Source: Mobula hypostoma
Lineage: Eukaryota
NCBI RefSeq assembly: GCF_963921235.1
Contig: NC_086109.1
Coordinates: forward strand, 7,318,001 to 7,382,000
Direction of reading: 5' to 3'
DNA length: 64,000 nt
Position 1 is the stretch's first letter, and the number at the start of each line of letters is the position of its first letter. Positions 13,471 to 25,800 of this stretch are shown piece by piece. A program made the translations under genes and the position numbers. The notes below the pieces were generated by a model. That model had not been told where the DNA came from. It saw only the letters and a list, made by a program, of their open reading frames with translations, and searched no databases.

Positions 13471-14124
13471 CGATTCCAATTACTTAATTAATCGTGCCGG
13501 CTCACTTGGGCTTTACTCTCAGGTCAATGATTCATGATCAAACACACAAAAATGGAGGTACCAGAATCAGAATTAGGTTTATTTTCCCTGACTTGCTGTA
13601 TGTCACGACTCTTGTTGCCTTGCAGCAGTAGTACTGAGCAATACATGAAAAATTATGATGTTACAATAAAAAAGTAAACAAAATAAATAATTAGAGCAAA
13701 AAATGAAGTTCATGGGTTCATGGACTGTTCAGAAATCTGATGGCGACGGGGAAGAAGCTGTTCCTGAATCACTGACCGTGGGCTTCAGGCTTCTGTATCT
13801 CCTCCCTGACGGTAGTACTGGGAAGAGAGTCTGCCTCTGATTGCTGATATCTGGGTCTTGCCCTTCGGGTAGCTACTTGTATCTGCACTTCTAGTTCAAA
13901 ATAGCTGAGAATTCTTGAATTCCCAAATCCTCACTCCACTCCTCAAACAGTGCTGAGTTCCGGAACATCCTCTGCAAACCACTCCTGCTCAGGTAATGTG
14001 GCTCTTGTACCTCCTCCCTGATGCTGGCGATGAGAAGAGGGCAAGGGGTGGAGTGGTCCCCTTACGGTCAGAGCAAGATTACATAGAAAAATGAGTACCA
14101 CTCAATTCTTTGAGTTGATATCAA

Positions 14125-14347
14125 CATTGAGTGACAGCTATACCCATCATAATTTTGTACACCTCTGTGAATCCTTCCTTTGTTCTCCTTCGCTCCAGGA
14201 AACAAAGTCCGAGCCAATTCAACCTTTCCCTGTAACCCAGGTCTTCAAGTCCCAGCAACATCCTTGTAAATGTGCTCTGTGCTCTTTCAGTCTTATTGAC
14301 ATCTTTCCTGTAAGCAGGCAACCAGAAATGCATGCAATACTCCAAGT
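14125..14347 (-). mobile_element. CR1 LINE fragment
   Basis: EYCMHFWLPAYRKDV...LERRR...EVYKIM. Confidence 0.8.
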
Positions 14348-14489
14348 TTAAGATTGTTTAGTGTTGTTTCCTCTACACAGAAGATAAAGAATAACAATAC
14401 AAACACTATAAATATAAGTGCATGAGATAGCTTTTACACGTAGGTTGATTGCATGTCTATAAAGAGATGAAGTTAGCGCACAGACAGAC

Positions 14490-14720
14490 ATCAAGTGCGG
14501 CCAGCGGATATCAGCTCGGTGGAAGACGTCCTTTGGTCTGCCAGCAGAGGGAGATATCCGTGGAGGAATGCCGCCAACCGGCGCATTCCAGGCTGCAGGA
14601 GTACGTGCTGAGGGATGAACTGAGGCTCGGTGCAGACACTGCAGGGGCTCAGTGGGGAAAGACCACAGGGTAGGGTCCCCCGCTACTGGACAGGGAGGGG
14701 CTGGGTTGGGTCAGAAAGCC
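14490..14720 (+). mobile_element. L1/Tx1-type LINE 3' end relic
   Basis: LVCQQREISVEECRQPAHSRLQEYVLRDELRLGADTAGAQWGKTT* resembles fish Tx1-group ORF2 C-termini. Confidence 0.55.
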
Positions 14721-15617
14721 CCTCAATTACTGTAGTAGTGTATCACCCCAGGAGACCACACGAGTAGCAACAGTCATTAAGAATTTTAAGAAATGCGGTG
14801 AAAACTACTTAATACATAGACTATGAATGTAAGAATCAAAATGCACTGCACAATTATTCCTAGAACAGAGAATGTAGAACAGTACAGGAACAGGCCCTTT
14901 CACCCACCAACTAAAATGTAAATCAAAAACCCTCCAAAACTAATCCCTCCTAATTACACCATGTTCATATCCCTCCATCTTCCTGACATCTGTGTGCCAA
15001 TCTAAATGTTTCTTAAAAGACTCTAATATATTTGCCTCTACCATCATACCACATTCCAGGCATCCACCACTCTCTGAGTAAAAAACTTACCCCTCACACC
15101 TACCCCCTCTCACCTTTAATGCACACCCTCTGCTATTAGACAATTCTACCCTGGGAAACAGATACTCTCTGTCCACTCTATCTGTGCCTCTCATAATGTT
15201 ACAAACCTCTATTGGATCTCCCCTCGGCCTCCACGGCTCCAGAGAAAACAACCCAAGTTTGTCCAGCCTCTTGTGATAGCTCGTGTCCTCTAAACCAGCA
15301 GCACCCTGCTGAACCTCTTCTGCACCCTCTCCAAAGCCTCAATATCCTTCCTATAGTGAGGTGACCAGAACTGTAAGCAACACTCCAGATGTGGCCTAAC
15401 CAGAGTTTTATAAAGTTGCAACATAACCTCTTGACTTTTGAACTCAATGCCCCGACTAACTAAAGCAAGCTTTCCATAAAAATTCTTGATCACCTTTCGT
15501 GGAACAATGACTTCAGCCCCAGGATCTCTCTGCTCAGCAACAGTGATATGGGTCTTGCCCTTAAGAGTGTACTGTCTCCATGTATTTCCCCTACCAAGGA
15601 GCAACACCTCACATTTA

Positions 15618-16730
15618 AAAACGCAGACATGAGGAAATCTGCAGATGCTGGAAATTCAAGCAACACACACAAAAAATGCTGGTGAACGCAGCAGGCCAGG
15701 CAGCATCTATAGGAAGCGGTACAGTTGACGTTTCGGGCCGAAACCCTTCGTCAGGACTAACTGAAGGAAGAGATAGTAAGAGATTTGAAAGTGGAGGGGG
15801 AGGGGGAGATCGGAAATGATAGGAGAAGACAGGAGGGGGAGGGATGGAGCCAAGAGCTGGAAAGTTGATCAGCAAAAGGGATACGAGGCTGGAGAAGGGA
15901 GAGGATCATGGGACGGGAAGCCTGGGGAGAAAGAAAAGGGGGCGGGGAGCCCGGAGGGTGGAGAGCAGGCAAGGAGTTATAGTGAGAGGGACAGAGAGAG
16001 AAAAAAAGGGGGGGAAATAAAAAACATATAAAAATATATTAAATTAATAAATAAGGGATGGGGTGTGAAGGGAGACCGTTTCGCTGAACACCTACGCTCT
16101 GTCCGCCAGAGAAAGCAAGATCTCCCAGTTTTCACACGTTTTAATTCCATGTCCCATTCCCATTCTGTTATGCCTATCCACGTCCTCCTCTACTGTGAAG
16201 GTGAAGCCACACTCAGGTTGGAGGAACAACACCTTATATTCCGTCTAGGTAACTTCCAACCTGATGGCATGAATATTGACTTCTCTAACTTCCATTAATG
16301 CCCCTCCTCCCCTTCACACTCCATCCCTTATTTATTTATTTAATATATTTTTATATGTTTTTTATTTCCCCCCCTGTTTTTCTTTCTCTTTTTTCTCCCT
16401 CTGTCTCTCTCACTATAACTCCTTGCCTGCTCTCCACCCTCCGGGCTCCCCCCCTTCTCTTTCTCCCCCGGCTTCCCGTCCCATGATCCTCTCCCTTCTC
16501 CAGCCTGGTATCCCTTTTGCCAATCAACTTTCCAGCTCTTAGATCCACCCCTCCCCTCCTGTCTTCTCCTATCATTTCGGATCTCCCCTTCCCCCTCCCA
16601 CTTTCAAATCTTCTACTATCTCTTCTTTCAGTTAGTCTTGACGAAGGGTCCCGGCCCAAAACGTCGACTGTACCTCTTCCTATAGATGCTGCGTGGCCTG
16701 CTGTGTTCACCAGCAACTTTTGTGTGTGTT
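15618..16730. mobile_element. Penelope-like element, 5'-truncated with ~400-bp inverted terminal repeats
   Basis: Arms ~15662-16072 and ~16310-16730 are reverse complements. Centre encodes a GIY-YIG C-terminus (GDRFAEHLRSV...EEQHLIFRLG). 12-bp TSD acctcacattta at 15606-15617 and 16731-16742. Confidence 0.88.
15722..15759 (-). ncRNA. Minimal hammerhead ribozyme motif
   Basis: Minus strand tagtc CTGACGA agggtttcggccc GAAACGTC aactg; one stem I mismatch. Confidence 0.65.
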
Positions 16731-17349
16731 ACCTCACATTTATCTGGGTTAAACTCCATCTGCCATTTCTCTGCCCATATCTGCAACCGATCTATATCAC
16801 GCTGTATTCTTTACCGGTCTTCTACATTATCGACAACTCCACTAAACTTGGTATCATCTGCAAACATACTAGCCCTCCCATGTACATTTTCATATTGTAA
16901 ATAGTTTTATTATGAATTTAAAATGGATTAAATAAAGCAGCCCTATTTACCACTCTCCTGGCAGACAATGTCGCCCAGGAGACACTTGTCCAGGCTCAAT
17001 AACTCCTGACCGGAGACCTGGGACATCTGTGGAGCTTGGTGTCATGTTAACGGACTAGGCTGGCACTTTTCCACCCGCTCTTGAGAGCCATCCAGTCACC
17101 GGCTTTATCTGCCAGGAGATGGATCTCCAAGAGAGACGAGCCTTAGCAAACTAACAAATCCTGCTCTCTGTGAGTTTGGGGGCAGCATCAGTGAGGAGTC
17201 TCGGAGGTTGTTGGCCAAGCTATTGAAGTAGTTGCAATGGGACCGGATCATTCCAATGGAAATGAAAGCCAGAGTCTGAGAGAGCTGCTGAGGCAGGAGG
17301 GTTCAAAGTTCAATAGTTCAACATAAATTCATTATCAAAGTCCATGCCT

Positions 17350-17712
17350 CATTGAAACTTATCAAAAGGCCTTGATAGAGCGGATGTGGAGAGGATGTTT
17401 CCTCTGGTGGTGGAGTCAAAGACCAGGGCACACAGCCTCAGAACAGAGGGATGTCCTTTTAGAATGAAGATAAGGAGGAATTTATTTAGCCAGTGGGTGG
17501 TGAATCTGTGGAATTCATTACCGCAATTGGCTGAGGAGGCCAAGGCATTGAGTATATTTAAAGCAGAGGTTGATTGATTCTTGATTAGTCGGGGTATGAC
17601 GGGAGAAGGTAGAAGATTGGGGCTGAGAGGAAAAGTGGATCAGCCATGATGAAATGGAGGAGCAGAGTTGATGGGCCAAATGGCCTAATTTAGCTCCCAT
17701 GTCTTCTGGTCT
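17350..17712 (+). mobile_element. CR1 LINE 3' fragment
   Basis: ERMFPLVVESKTRAHSL...FSQWVVNLWNSLPQ. Confidence 0.8.
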
Positions 17713-17913
17713 AATGGTCTTATACATTATATACCACTGTATACTGCTTTTTCTTGCAGGCATTTACAGGAAAATATAATGAACTTGATGACAAAATACA
17801 TAATAAGGACTGAAAAAGATAAATTGTGCAAAAGAGGACAAATCATGTCAATAATAAATGAGAAGTGAATAAATAACACTCAGAAAATGAGTTGTAGAGT
17901 CCTTGAAAGTGGT

Positions 17914-18546
17914 AAACACAGGAGATTCCACAGAAACTGGAAATACAAAATAACAAACACAAAATACTGGAGGAACTCAGCAAGTCAGGCAGCATCTAAT
18001 TAGTTGACATTTCTGCCCAAGACTCTTCATCATGATGGTTCTGAAGAAGGGTCACAGCCCAAAACATTGACTGAAAATTCTTCTACAGATAGATAGATAG
18101 ATGATATACTTTACTGATCCTGAGGGAAATTGGGTTTCGTTACAGCTGCACCAACCAAGAATAGAGCATAAATATAGCAATACAAAACCACAAACAATCA
18201 AACAACAATATGTAGACTATGCCAGATGGAAATAAGTCCAGGACCAGCCTACTGGCTCAGTGTGTCTGACCCTCCACGGGAGGAGCTGCAAAGTTCGATG
18301 GAAACAGGCAGGAACAACCTCCCGTGTCGCCCAGTGTTGCCTCTAGGTGGAATATGGCCGGAGTCCAACAGCAAAAAGTTCAATGTCCAGGCTACAAACA
18401 CGTTCCTTGATCGTAATATGACAAGGATTGCACCATCTGTTGTTAACCAGAACAGCAAGCCCCCAACTCCTTTACGCTTACCGCTCTCAGTGCACCTCCG
18501 GTCTATATAGATGCTGCCTGACCTGCTGAGTTCCTCCAGCATTTTG
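17914..18546. mobile_element. Fold-back Penelope-like terminal element with a nested LINE 3' fragment (~18087-18500)
   Basis: aaaatactggaggaactcagcaagtcaggcagcatct ... agatgctgcctgacctgctgagttcctccagcatttt inverted ends; the nested piece begins with a (gata)n tail. Confidence 0.6.
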
Positions 18547-18636
18547 TCCCTGAAGGTGAGTCATTTTCAGATTCTGTTTAGGGAATGTGAAGACTTGGCT
18601 CTCTGTTTATGAAGTTGCTTCATCTTCCTCCTGCAG

Positions 18637-18812
18637 AGATCAATGGAACCGAGATCTGCCCAAGTCCCGTCAGTAATGTGGCTCTGCAAGCTCACAACCT
18701 GGAGGCTATCCCACGGCTGCGGTATCTGCGTCTGGACGGCAATGCGCTCTCACCCCCAATCCCGATAGACTTCATGATGTGCTTCAGACTCCTCCAGGCA
18801 ATCGTGATTTGA
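18637..18812 (+). CDS. PRELP: Prolargin (PRELP), last coding exon
   Basis: Acceptor cttcctcctgcag ends at 18636. The phase-1 join gives YIK-K-INGTEICP...PRLRYLRLDGNALSPPIPIDFMMCFRLLQAIVI*, matching the PRELP C-terminus as I recall it (..MCFRLLQSVVI in mammals). Spliced CDS is 1188 nt = 395 aa plus stop. Confidence 0.95.
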
Positions 18813-19020
18813 CGACCACGTCCCTGCAAACTCGTCTCCCCGCCGCTTCTAAACGGCGGCCATCTTTTTATGGGACTGTTACTTCTGATCATTTTCCCTT
18901 CAGATTCTGAGTGTAATTGTGTGAAATGTTCCGAGACACAACCCCTGCAGAAAAATTATCTTTCTCTTAGAATCGGAGTGCAAAGAAATACTTAGTATAC
19001 CCAAGTAGGATCATTGTGAG

Positions 19021-19054
19021 CACACACAGACACACAAGCACACATACACACACA

Positions 19055-19114
<60 letters not shown>
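19021..19114. repeat. (CA)n microsatellite in the presumed PRELP 3' UTR
   Basis: Direct observation. Confidence 0.98.
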
Positions 19115-19118
<4 letters not shown>

Positions 19119-19682
19119 ACTCCTACAACTCTGTGCAAGTCCCCTGAATAGATGAGAACTGGGGAACGGCTGAAATTGTTCCCTCAGACTTGATCCACTT
19201 TATCTGCAGCCAGTCTCCCCACCACTATCCCATTGGTGAAGAAACAAATGAAAAACAAACCTTAGTTTACCATGGGGTGAGAAAGGCTTTGAAATGCATG
19301 AACCTTGCTCCTCCTGAGCAGTTACCTGCCTGATCCTGATGCTCCCGCGATGGGAATGTTTGGGTCTGATTGCGTTTCGTAAGCGATCAGGGGAAATGAC
19401 TTTAGGACTTGTTCCTGCTGTCGGTGAGACAAGGAGAGGATCTGCTCACAGATCAAACTGCTGGCCAGATCTGAGCAGCACCTTTCAGTTAGCATGGAAC
19501 AATTTGGAAATCACTGCTGCAATTTCTTTCTAGAACCTTCTACCTGCTTGTACTTAATCTGCAATTCAGAACTGAGACCTTCATGGACTTCCGTGTGAAT
19601 TTGACCACAGGGTACCTGGTCTGTGCAACTAAGCAGGACTTCAATCTTACTGCTGCCTTATAGACTCCAAACGTGGGTACCA

Positions 19683-19737
19683 TCTGCATGAAGTTTGCAT
19701 GTTCTTCCTGTGACCACGTGGGTTTCCTCGGGATGCC
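19683..19737 (+). mobile_element. V-SINE (HE1-like), 5' part
   Basis: gaagtttgcatgttcttcctgtgaccacgtgggtttcctcggg matches the V-domain (reverse copy at ~62380-62445). Confidence 0.65.
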
Positions 19738-19834
19738 ATAGAGCTGTACAGCATGGCGACAGGCCCTTCAGCCCATCTGGTTCATGCTGACAAGGATGCC
19801 CCATCCGAGCCAGTCCCATTCGGCAGCGTTTGGT
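19737..19834 (-). mobile_element. CR1 LINE 3' end (ORF2 terminus and 3' UTR), left flank of the satellite
   Basis: Minus strand reads ...GLGPNAAEWD then ...gggctgaagggcctgt..., as in the CR1 end at 2440-2550 (GYGPCAGQWD*, aagggccaaaaggccggtt). Confidence 0.85.
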
Positions 19835-22800
19835 CCTAAACCGTTATAATCCACGTACCTGTCCAACTGTCTCCTAAACCTGTATAATCCACGTACCTGT
19901 CCAACTGTCTCCGAAAACTTTATAATCCACGTACCTGTCCAACTGTCTCCTGGATCTTTATAATCCACGTACCTGTCCAACTGTCTCCTAAACCTGTATA
20001 ATCCACGTACATGTCCAACTGCCCCCTAAACCTTTATAATCCACGTACCTGTCCAACTGTCTCCTAAACCTTTATAATCCACGTACCTGTCCAACTGTCT
20101 CCTAAACCTTTATAATCCACGTACCTGTCCAACTGTCTCCTAAACCTTTATAATCCACGTACCTGTCCAACTGTCACCTAAACCTCTATAATCCACATAC
20201 CTGTCCAACTGTCTCCTGGAGCTTTAGAATCCACGTAGCTGTCCAACTGTCTCCTAAACCTGTATAATCCACGTACATGTCCAACGGTCCCCTAAACCTT
20301 TATAATGCACGTACCTGTCCAACTGTCTCCTAAACCTTTATAATCCACGTACCTGTCCAACTGTCTCCTAAACCTGTATAATCCACGTACCTGTCCAACT
20401 GGCTCCTGGAGCTTTAGAATCCACGTACCTGTCCAACTATCTCCTAACCCTTTATAATCCACGTACCTGTCCAACTGTCTCCTAAACCGTTAAAATCCAC
20501 GTACCTGTCCAACTGTCTCCTAAACCTGTATAATCCACGTACCTGTCCAACTATCTCCTAAACCAGTATAATCCACGTAGCTGTCCAACTGTCTCCTAAA
20601 CCTTTATAATCCACGTAGCTGTCCAACTGTCTCCTAAATCTTTATAATCCACGTACCTGTCCAACTGTCTCCTAAACCAGTATAATCCACGTACCTGTCC
20701 AACTGTCTCCGAAAACTTTATAATCCACGAAGCTGTCCAACTGTCTCCTAAACCGTTATAATCCACGTACTTGTCCAACTGTCTCCAAAACCTGTATAAT
20801 CCACGTACCTGTCCAACTGTCCCCTAAACCTTTATAATCCACGTACCTGTCCAACTGTCTCCTAAAGCTTTATAATCCACGTACCTGTCCAACTGTCTCC
20901 TAAACCTTTATAATCCACGTACCTGTCCAACTGTCTGCTAAACCTTTATAATCCACGTACCTGTCCAACTGTCTCCTAAACCTGTATAATCCACGTACCT
21001 GTCCAACTGTCTCCTAAACCTTTATAATCCATGAAGCTGTCCAACTGTCCCCTAAACCATTATAATCCATGAAGCTGTCCAACTGTCTCCTAAACCGTTG
21101 AAAACCACGTAGCTATCCAACTATCTCCTAAACCTGTATAATCCACGTACCTGTCCAACTGTCTCCTAAACCTGCATAATCCACGTACCTGTCCAACTGT
21201 CTCCTAAACCAATATAATCCACGAAGCTGTCCAACTGTCTCCAAAACCTATACAGTCCACGTACCTGTCCAACTGTCTCCTAAACCTTTATAATCCACGT
21301 GTCTGTCCAACTGTCTCCTAAACCAGTATAATCCACGTAGCTGTCCAACTGTCTCCTAAACCTGTATAATCCACGTACATGTTCAACTGTCTCCTAAACC
21401 TGTATAATCCACGTGCCTGTCTAACGGTCTCCTAAACCTGTATAATCCACGTGCCTGTCTAACTGTCTCCTAAACCTTTATAATCCAGGTACATGTCCAA
21501 CTGTCTCCTAAACCTGTATAATCCACGTACCTGTCCAACTGTCTCCTAAACCTGTATAATCCACGTACATGTCCAACTGTCTCCTAAACCTGTATAATCC
21601 ACGTGCCTGTCCAACTGTCTCCTAAACCTGTATAATCCACGTACCTGTCCAACTGTCTCCTAAATCTTTATAATCCACGTACCTGTCCAACTGTCTCCTA
21701 AACCAGTATAATCCACGTACCTGTCCAACTGTCTCCGAAAACTTTATAATCCACGAAGCTGTCCAACTGTCTCCTAAACCGTTATAATCCACGTACTTGT
21801 CCAACTGTCTCCAAAACCTGTATAATCCACGTACCTGTCCAACTGTCCCCTAAACCTTTATAATCCACGTACCTGTCCAACTGTCTCCTAAACCTTTATA
21901 ATCCACGTACCTGTCCAACTGTCTCCTAAACCTTTATAATCCACGTACCTGTCCAACTGTCTGCTAAACCTTTATAATCCACGTACCTGTCCAACTGTCT
22001 CCTAAACCTGTATAATCCACGTACCTGTCCAACTGTCTCCTAAACCTTTATAATCCATGAAGCTGTCCAACTGTCCCCTAAACCATTATAATCCATGAAG
22101 CTGTCCAACTGTCTCCTAAACCGTTGAAAACCACGTAGCTATCCAACTATCTCCTAAACCTGTATAATCCACGTACCTGTCCAACTGTCTCCTAAACCTG
22201 CATAATCCACGTACCTGTCCAACTGTCTCCTAAACCAATATAATCCACGAAGCTGTCCAACTGTCTCCAAAACCTATACAGTCCACGTACCTGTCCAACT
22301 GTCTCCTAAACCTTTATAATCCACGTGTCTGTCCAACTGTCTCCTAAACCAGTATAATCCACGTAGCTGTCCAACTGTCTCCTAAACCTGTATAATCCAC
22401 GTACATGTTCAACTGTCTCCTAAACCTGTATAATCCACGTGCCTGTCTAACGGTCTCCTAAACCTGTATAATCCACGTGCCTGTCTAACTGTCTCCTAAA
22501 CCTTTATAATCCAGGTACATGTCCAACTGTCTCCTAAACCTGTATAATCCACGTACCTGTCCAACTGTCTCCTAAACCTGTATAATCCACGTACATGTCC
22601 AACTGTCTCCTAAACCTGTATAATCCACGTGCCTGTCCAACTGTCTCCTAAACCTGTATAATCCACGTACCTGTCCAACTGTCTCCTAAATCTTTATAAT
22701 CCACGTACCTGTCCAACTGTCTCCTAAACCAGTATAATCCACGTACCTGTCCAACTGTCTCCGAAAACTTTATAATCCACGAAGCTGTCCAACTGTCTCC

Positions 22801-25800
22801 TAAACCGTTATAATCCACGTACTTGTCCAACTGTCTCCAAAACCTGTATAATCCACGTACCTGTCCAACTGTCCCCTAAACCTTTATAATCCACGTACCT
22901 GTCCAACTGTCTCCTAAACCTTTATAATCCACGTACCTGTCCAACTGTCTCCTAAACCTTTATAATCCACGTACCTGTCCAACTGTCTGCTAAACCTTTA
23001 TAATCCACGTACCTGTCCAACTGTCTCCTAAACCTGTATAATCCACGTACCTGTCCAACTGTCTCCTAAACCTTTATAATCCATGAAGCTGTCCAACTGT
23101 CCCCTAAACCATTATAATCCATGAAGCTGTCCAACTGTCTCCTAAACCGTTGAAAACCACGTAGCTATCCAACTATCTCCTAAATCTGTATAATCCACGT
23201 ACCTGTCCAACTGTCTCCTAAACCTGCATAATCCACGTACCTGTCCAACTGTCTCCTAAACCAATATAATCCACGAAGCTGTCCAACTGTCTCCAAAACC
23301 TATACAGTCCACGTACCTGTCCAACTGTCTCCTAAACCTTTATAATCCACGTGTCTGTCCAACTGTCTCCTAAACCAGTATAATCCACGTAGCTGTCCAA
23401 CTGTCTCCTAAACCTGTATAATCCACGTACATGTTCAACTGTCTCCTAAACCTGTATAATCCACGTGCCTGTCTAACGGTCTCCTAAACCTGTATAATCC
23501 ACGTGCCTGTCTAACTGTCTCCTAAACCTTTATAATCCAGGTACATGTCCAACTGTCTCCTAAACCTGTATAATCCACGTACCTGTCCAACTGTCTCCTA
23601 AACCTGTATAATCCACGTACATGTCCAACTGTCTCCTAAACCTGTATAATCCACGTGCCTGTCCAACTGTCTCCTAAACCTGTATAATCCACGTACCTGT
23701 CCAACTGTCTCCTAAACCTTTATAATCCACGAAGCTGTCCAACTGTCTCCTAAACCGTTATAATCCATGAAGCTGTCCAACTGTCTCCTAAACCGTTGAA
23801 ATCCACGTAGCTATCCAACTGTCTCCTAAACCTGTATAATCCACGTACCTGTCCAACTGTCTCCTAAACCTGCATAATCCACGTACCTGTCCAACTGTCT
23901 CCTAAACCAGTAAAATCCACGAAGCTGTCCAACTGTCTCCAAAACCTATACAGTCCACGTACCTGTCCAACTGTCTCCTAAACCTTTATAATCCACGTGT
24001 CTGTCCCACTGTCTCCTAAACCAGTATAATCCACGTAGCTGTCCAACTGTCAACTAAACCTGTATAATCCACGTACATGTCCAACTGTCTCCTAAACCTG
24101 TATAATCCACGTGCCTGTCTAACTGTCTCCTAAACCTGTATAATCCACGTGCCTGTCTAACTGTCTCCTAAACCTTTATAATCCACGTACATGTCCAACT
24201 GTCTCCTAAACCTGTATAATCCACGCACCTGTCCAACTGTCTCCTAAACCAGTATAATCCACGAAGCTGTCCAACTGTCTCCAAAACCTTTATAATCCAC
24301 GTAGCTGTCCAATTGTCTACTAAACCTTTATAATCCACGTACCTGTCCAACTGTCTCCTAAACCTTTATAATCCACGTGTCTGTCCAACTGTCTCCTAAA
24401 CCAGTATAATCCACGTAGCTGTCCAACTGTCTCCTAAACCTGTATAATCCACGTACCTGTCCAACTGTCTCCTAAACCAGTATAATCCACGAAGCTGTCC
24501 AACTGTCTCCAAAACCTATACAGTCCACGTACGTGTCCAACTGTCTCCTAAACCTTTATAATCCACGTAGCTGTCCAACTGTCTCCTAAACCTGTATAAT
24601 CCACGTACATGTCCAACTCTCTCCTAAACCTGTATAATCCACGTGCCTGTCTAACTGTCTCCTAAACCTGTATAATCCACGTGCCTGTCTAACTGTCTCC
24701 TAAACCTTTATAATCCACGTACATGTCCAACTGTCTCCTAAACCAGTATAATCCACGTACCTGTCCAACTGTCTCCGAAAACTTTATAATCCACGAAGCT
24801 GTCCAACTGTCTCCTAAACCGTTATAATCCACGTACTTGTCCAACTGTCTCCAAAACCTGTATAATCCACGTACCTGTCCAACTGTCCCCTAAACCTTTA
24901 TAATCCACGTACCTGTCCAACTGTCTCCTAAACCTTTATAATCCACGTACCTGTCCAACTGTCTCCTAAACCTTTATAATCCACGTACCTGTCCAACTGT
25001 CTGCTAAACCTTTATAATCCACGTACCTGTCCAACTGTCTCCTAAACCTGTATAATCCACGTACCTGTCCAACTGTCTCCTAAACCTTTATAATCCATGA
25101 AGCTGTCCAACTGTCCCCTAAACCATTATAATCCATGAAGCTGTCCAACTGTCTCCTAAACCGTTGAAAACCACGTAGCTATCCAACTATCTCCTAAATC
25201 TGTATAATCCACGTACCTGTCCAACTGTCTCCTAAACCTGCATAATCCACGTACCTGTCCAACTGTCTCCTAAACCAATATAATCCACGAAGCTGTCCAA
25301 CTGTCTCCAAAACCTATACAGTCCACGTACCTGTCCAACTGTCTCCTAAACCTTTATAATCCACGTGTCTGTCCAACTGTCTCCTAAACCAGTATAATCC
25401 ACGTAGCTGTCCAACTGTCTCCTAAACCTGTATAATCCACGTACATGTTCAACTGTCTCCTAAACCTGTATAATCCACGTGCCTGTCTAACGGTCTCCTA
25501 AACCTGTATAATCCACGTGCCTGTCTAACTGTCTCCTAAACCTTTATAATCCAGGTACATGTCCAACTGTCTCCTAAACCTGTATAATCCACGTACCTGT
25601 CCAACTGTCTCCTAAACCTGTATAATCCACGTACATGTCCAACTGTCTCCTAAACCTGTATAATCCACGTGCCTGTCCAACTGTCTCCTAAACCTGTATA
25701 ATCCACGTACCTGTCCAACTGTCTCCTAAACCTTTATAATCCACGAAGCTGTCCAACTGTCTCCTAAACCGTTATAATCCATGAAGCTGTCCAACTGTCT

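Larger units (their letters stand above)
14862..16900 (-). mobile_element. CR1 LINE fragment interrupted by a Penelope-like insertion at 15618-16730
   Basis: WAEKWQMEFNPDKCEV (right of insertion) continues as LLLGRGN...RPHLECCLQFWSPHYRKD (left of insertion). Confidence 0.85.

Noticed and set aside
11319..18812. Alternative identity as fibromodulin, lumican or keratocan
   Set aside because: The basic Pro-rich N-terminus (not Tyr-rich and acidic) and the INGTEICP...MCFRLLQ C-terminus fit PRELP.
18840..18859. GC hairpin ccgccg-cttctaaa-cggcgg after the stop codon
   Set aside because: A 6-bp stem is within chance expectation, and bacterial-type terminators do not apply here.
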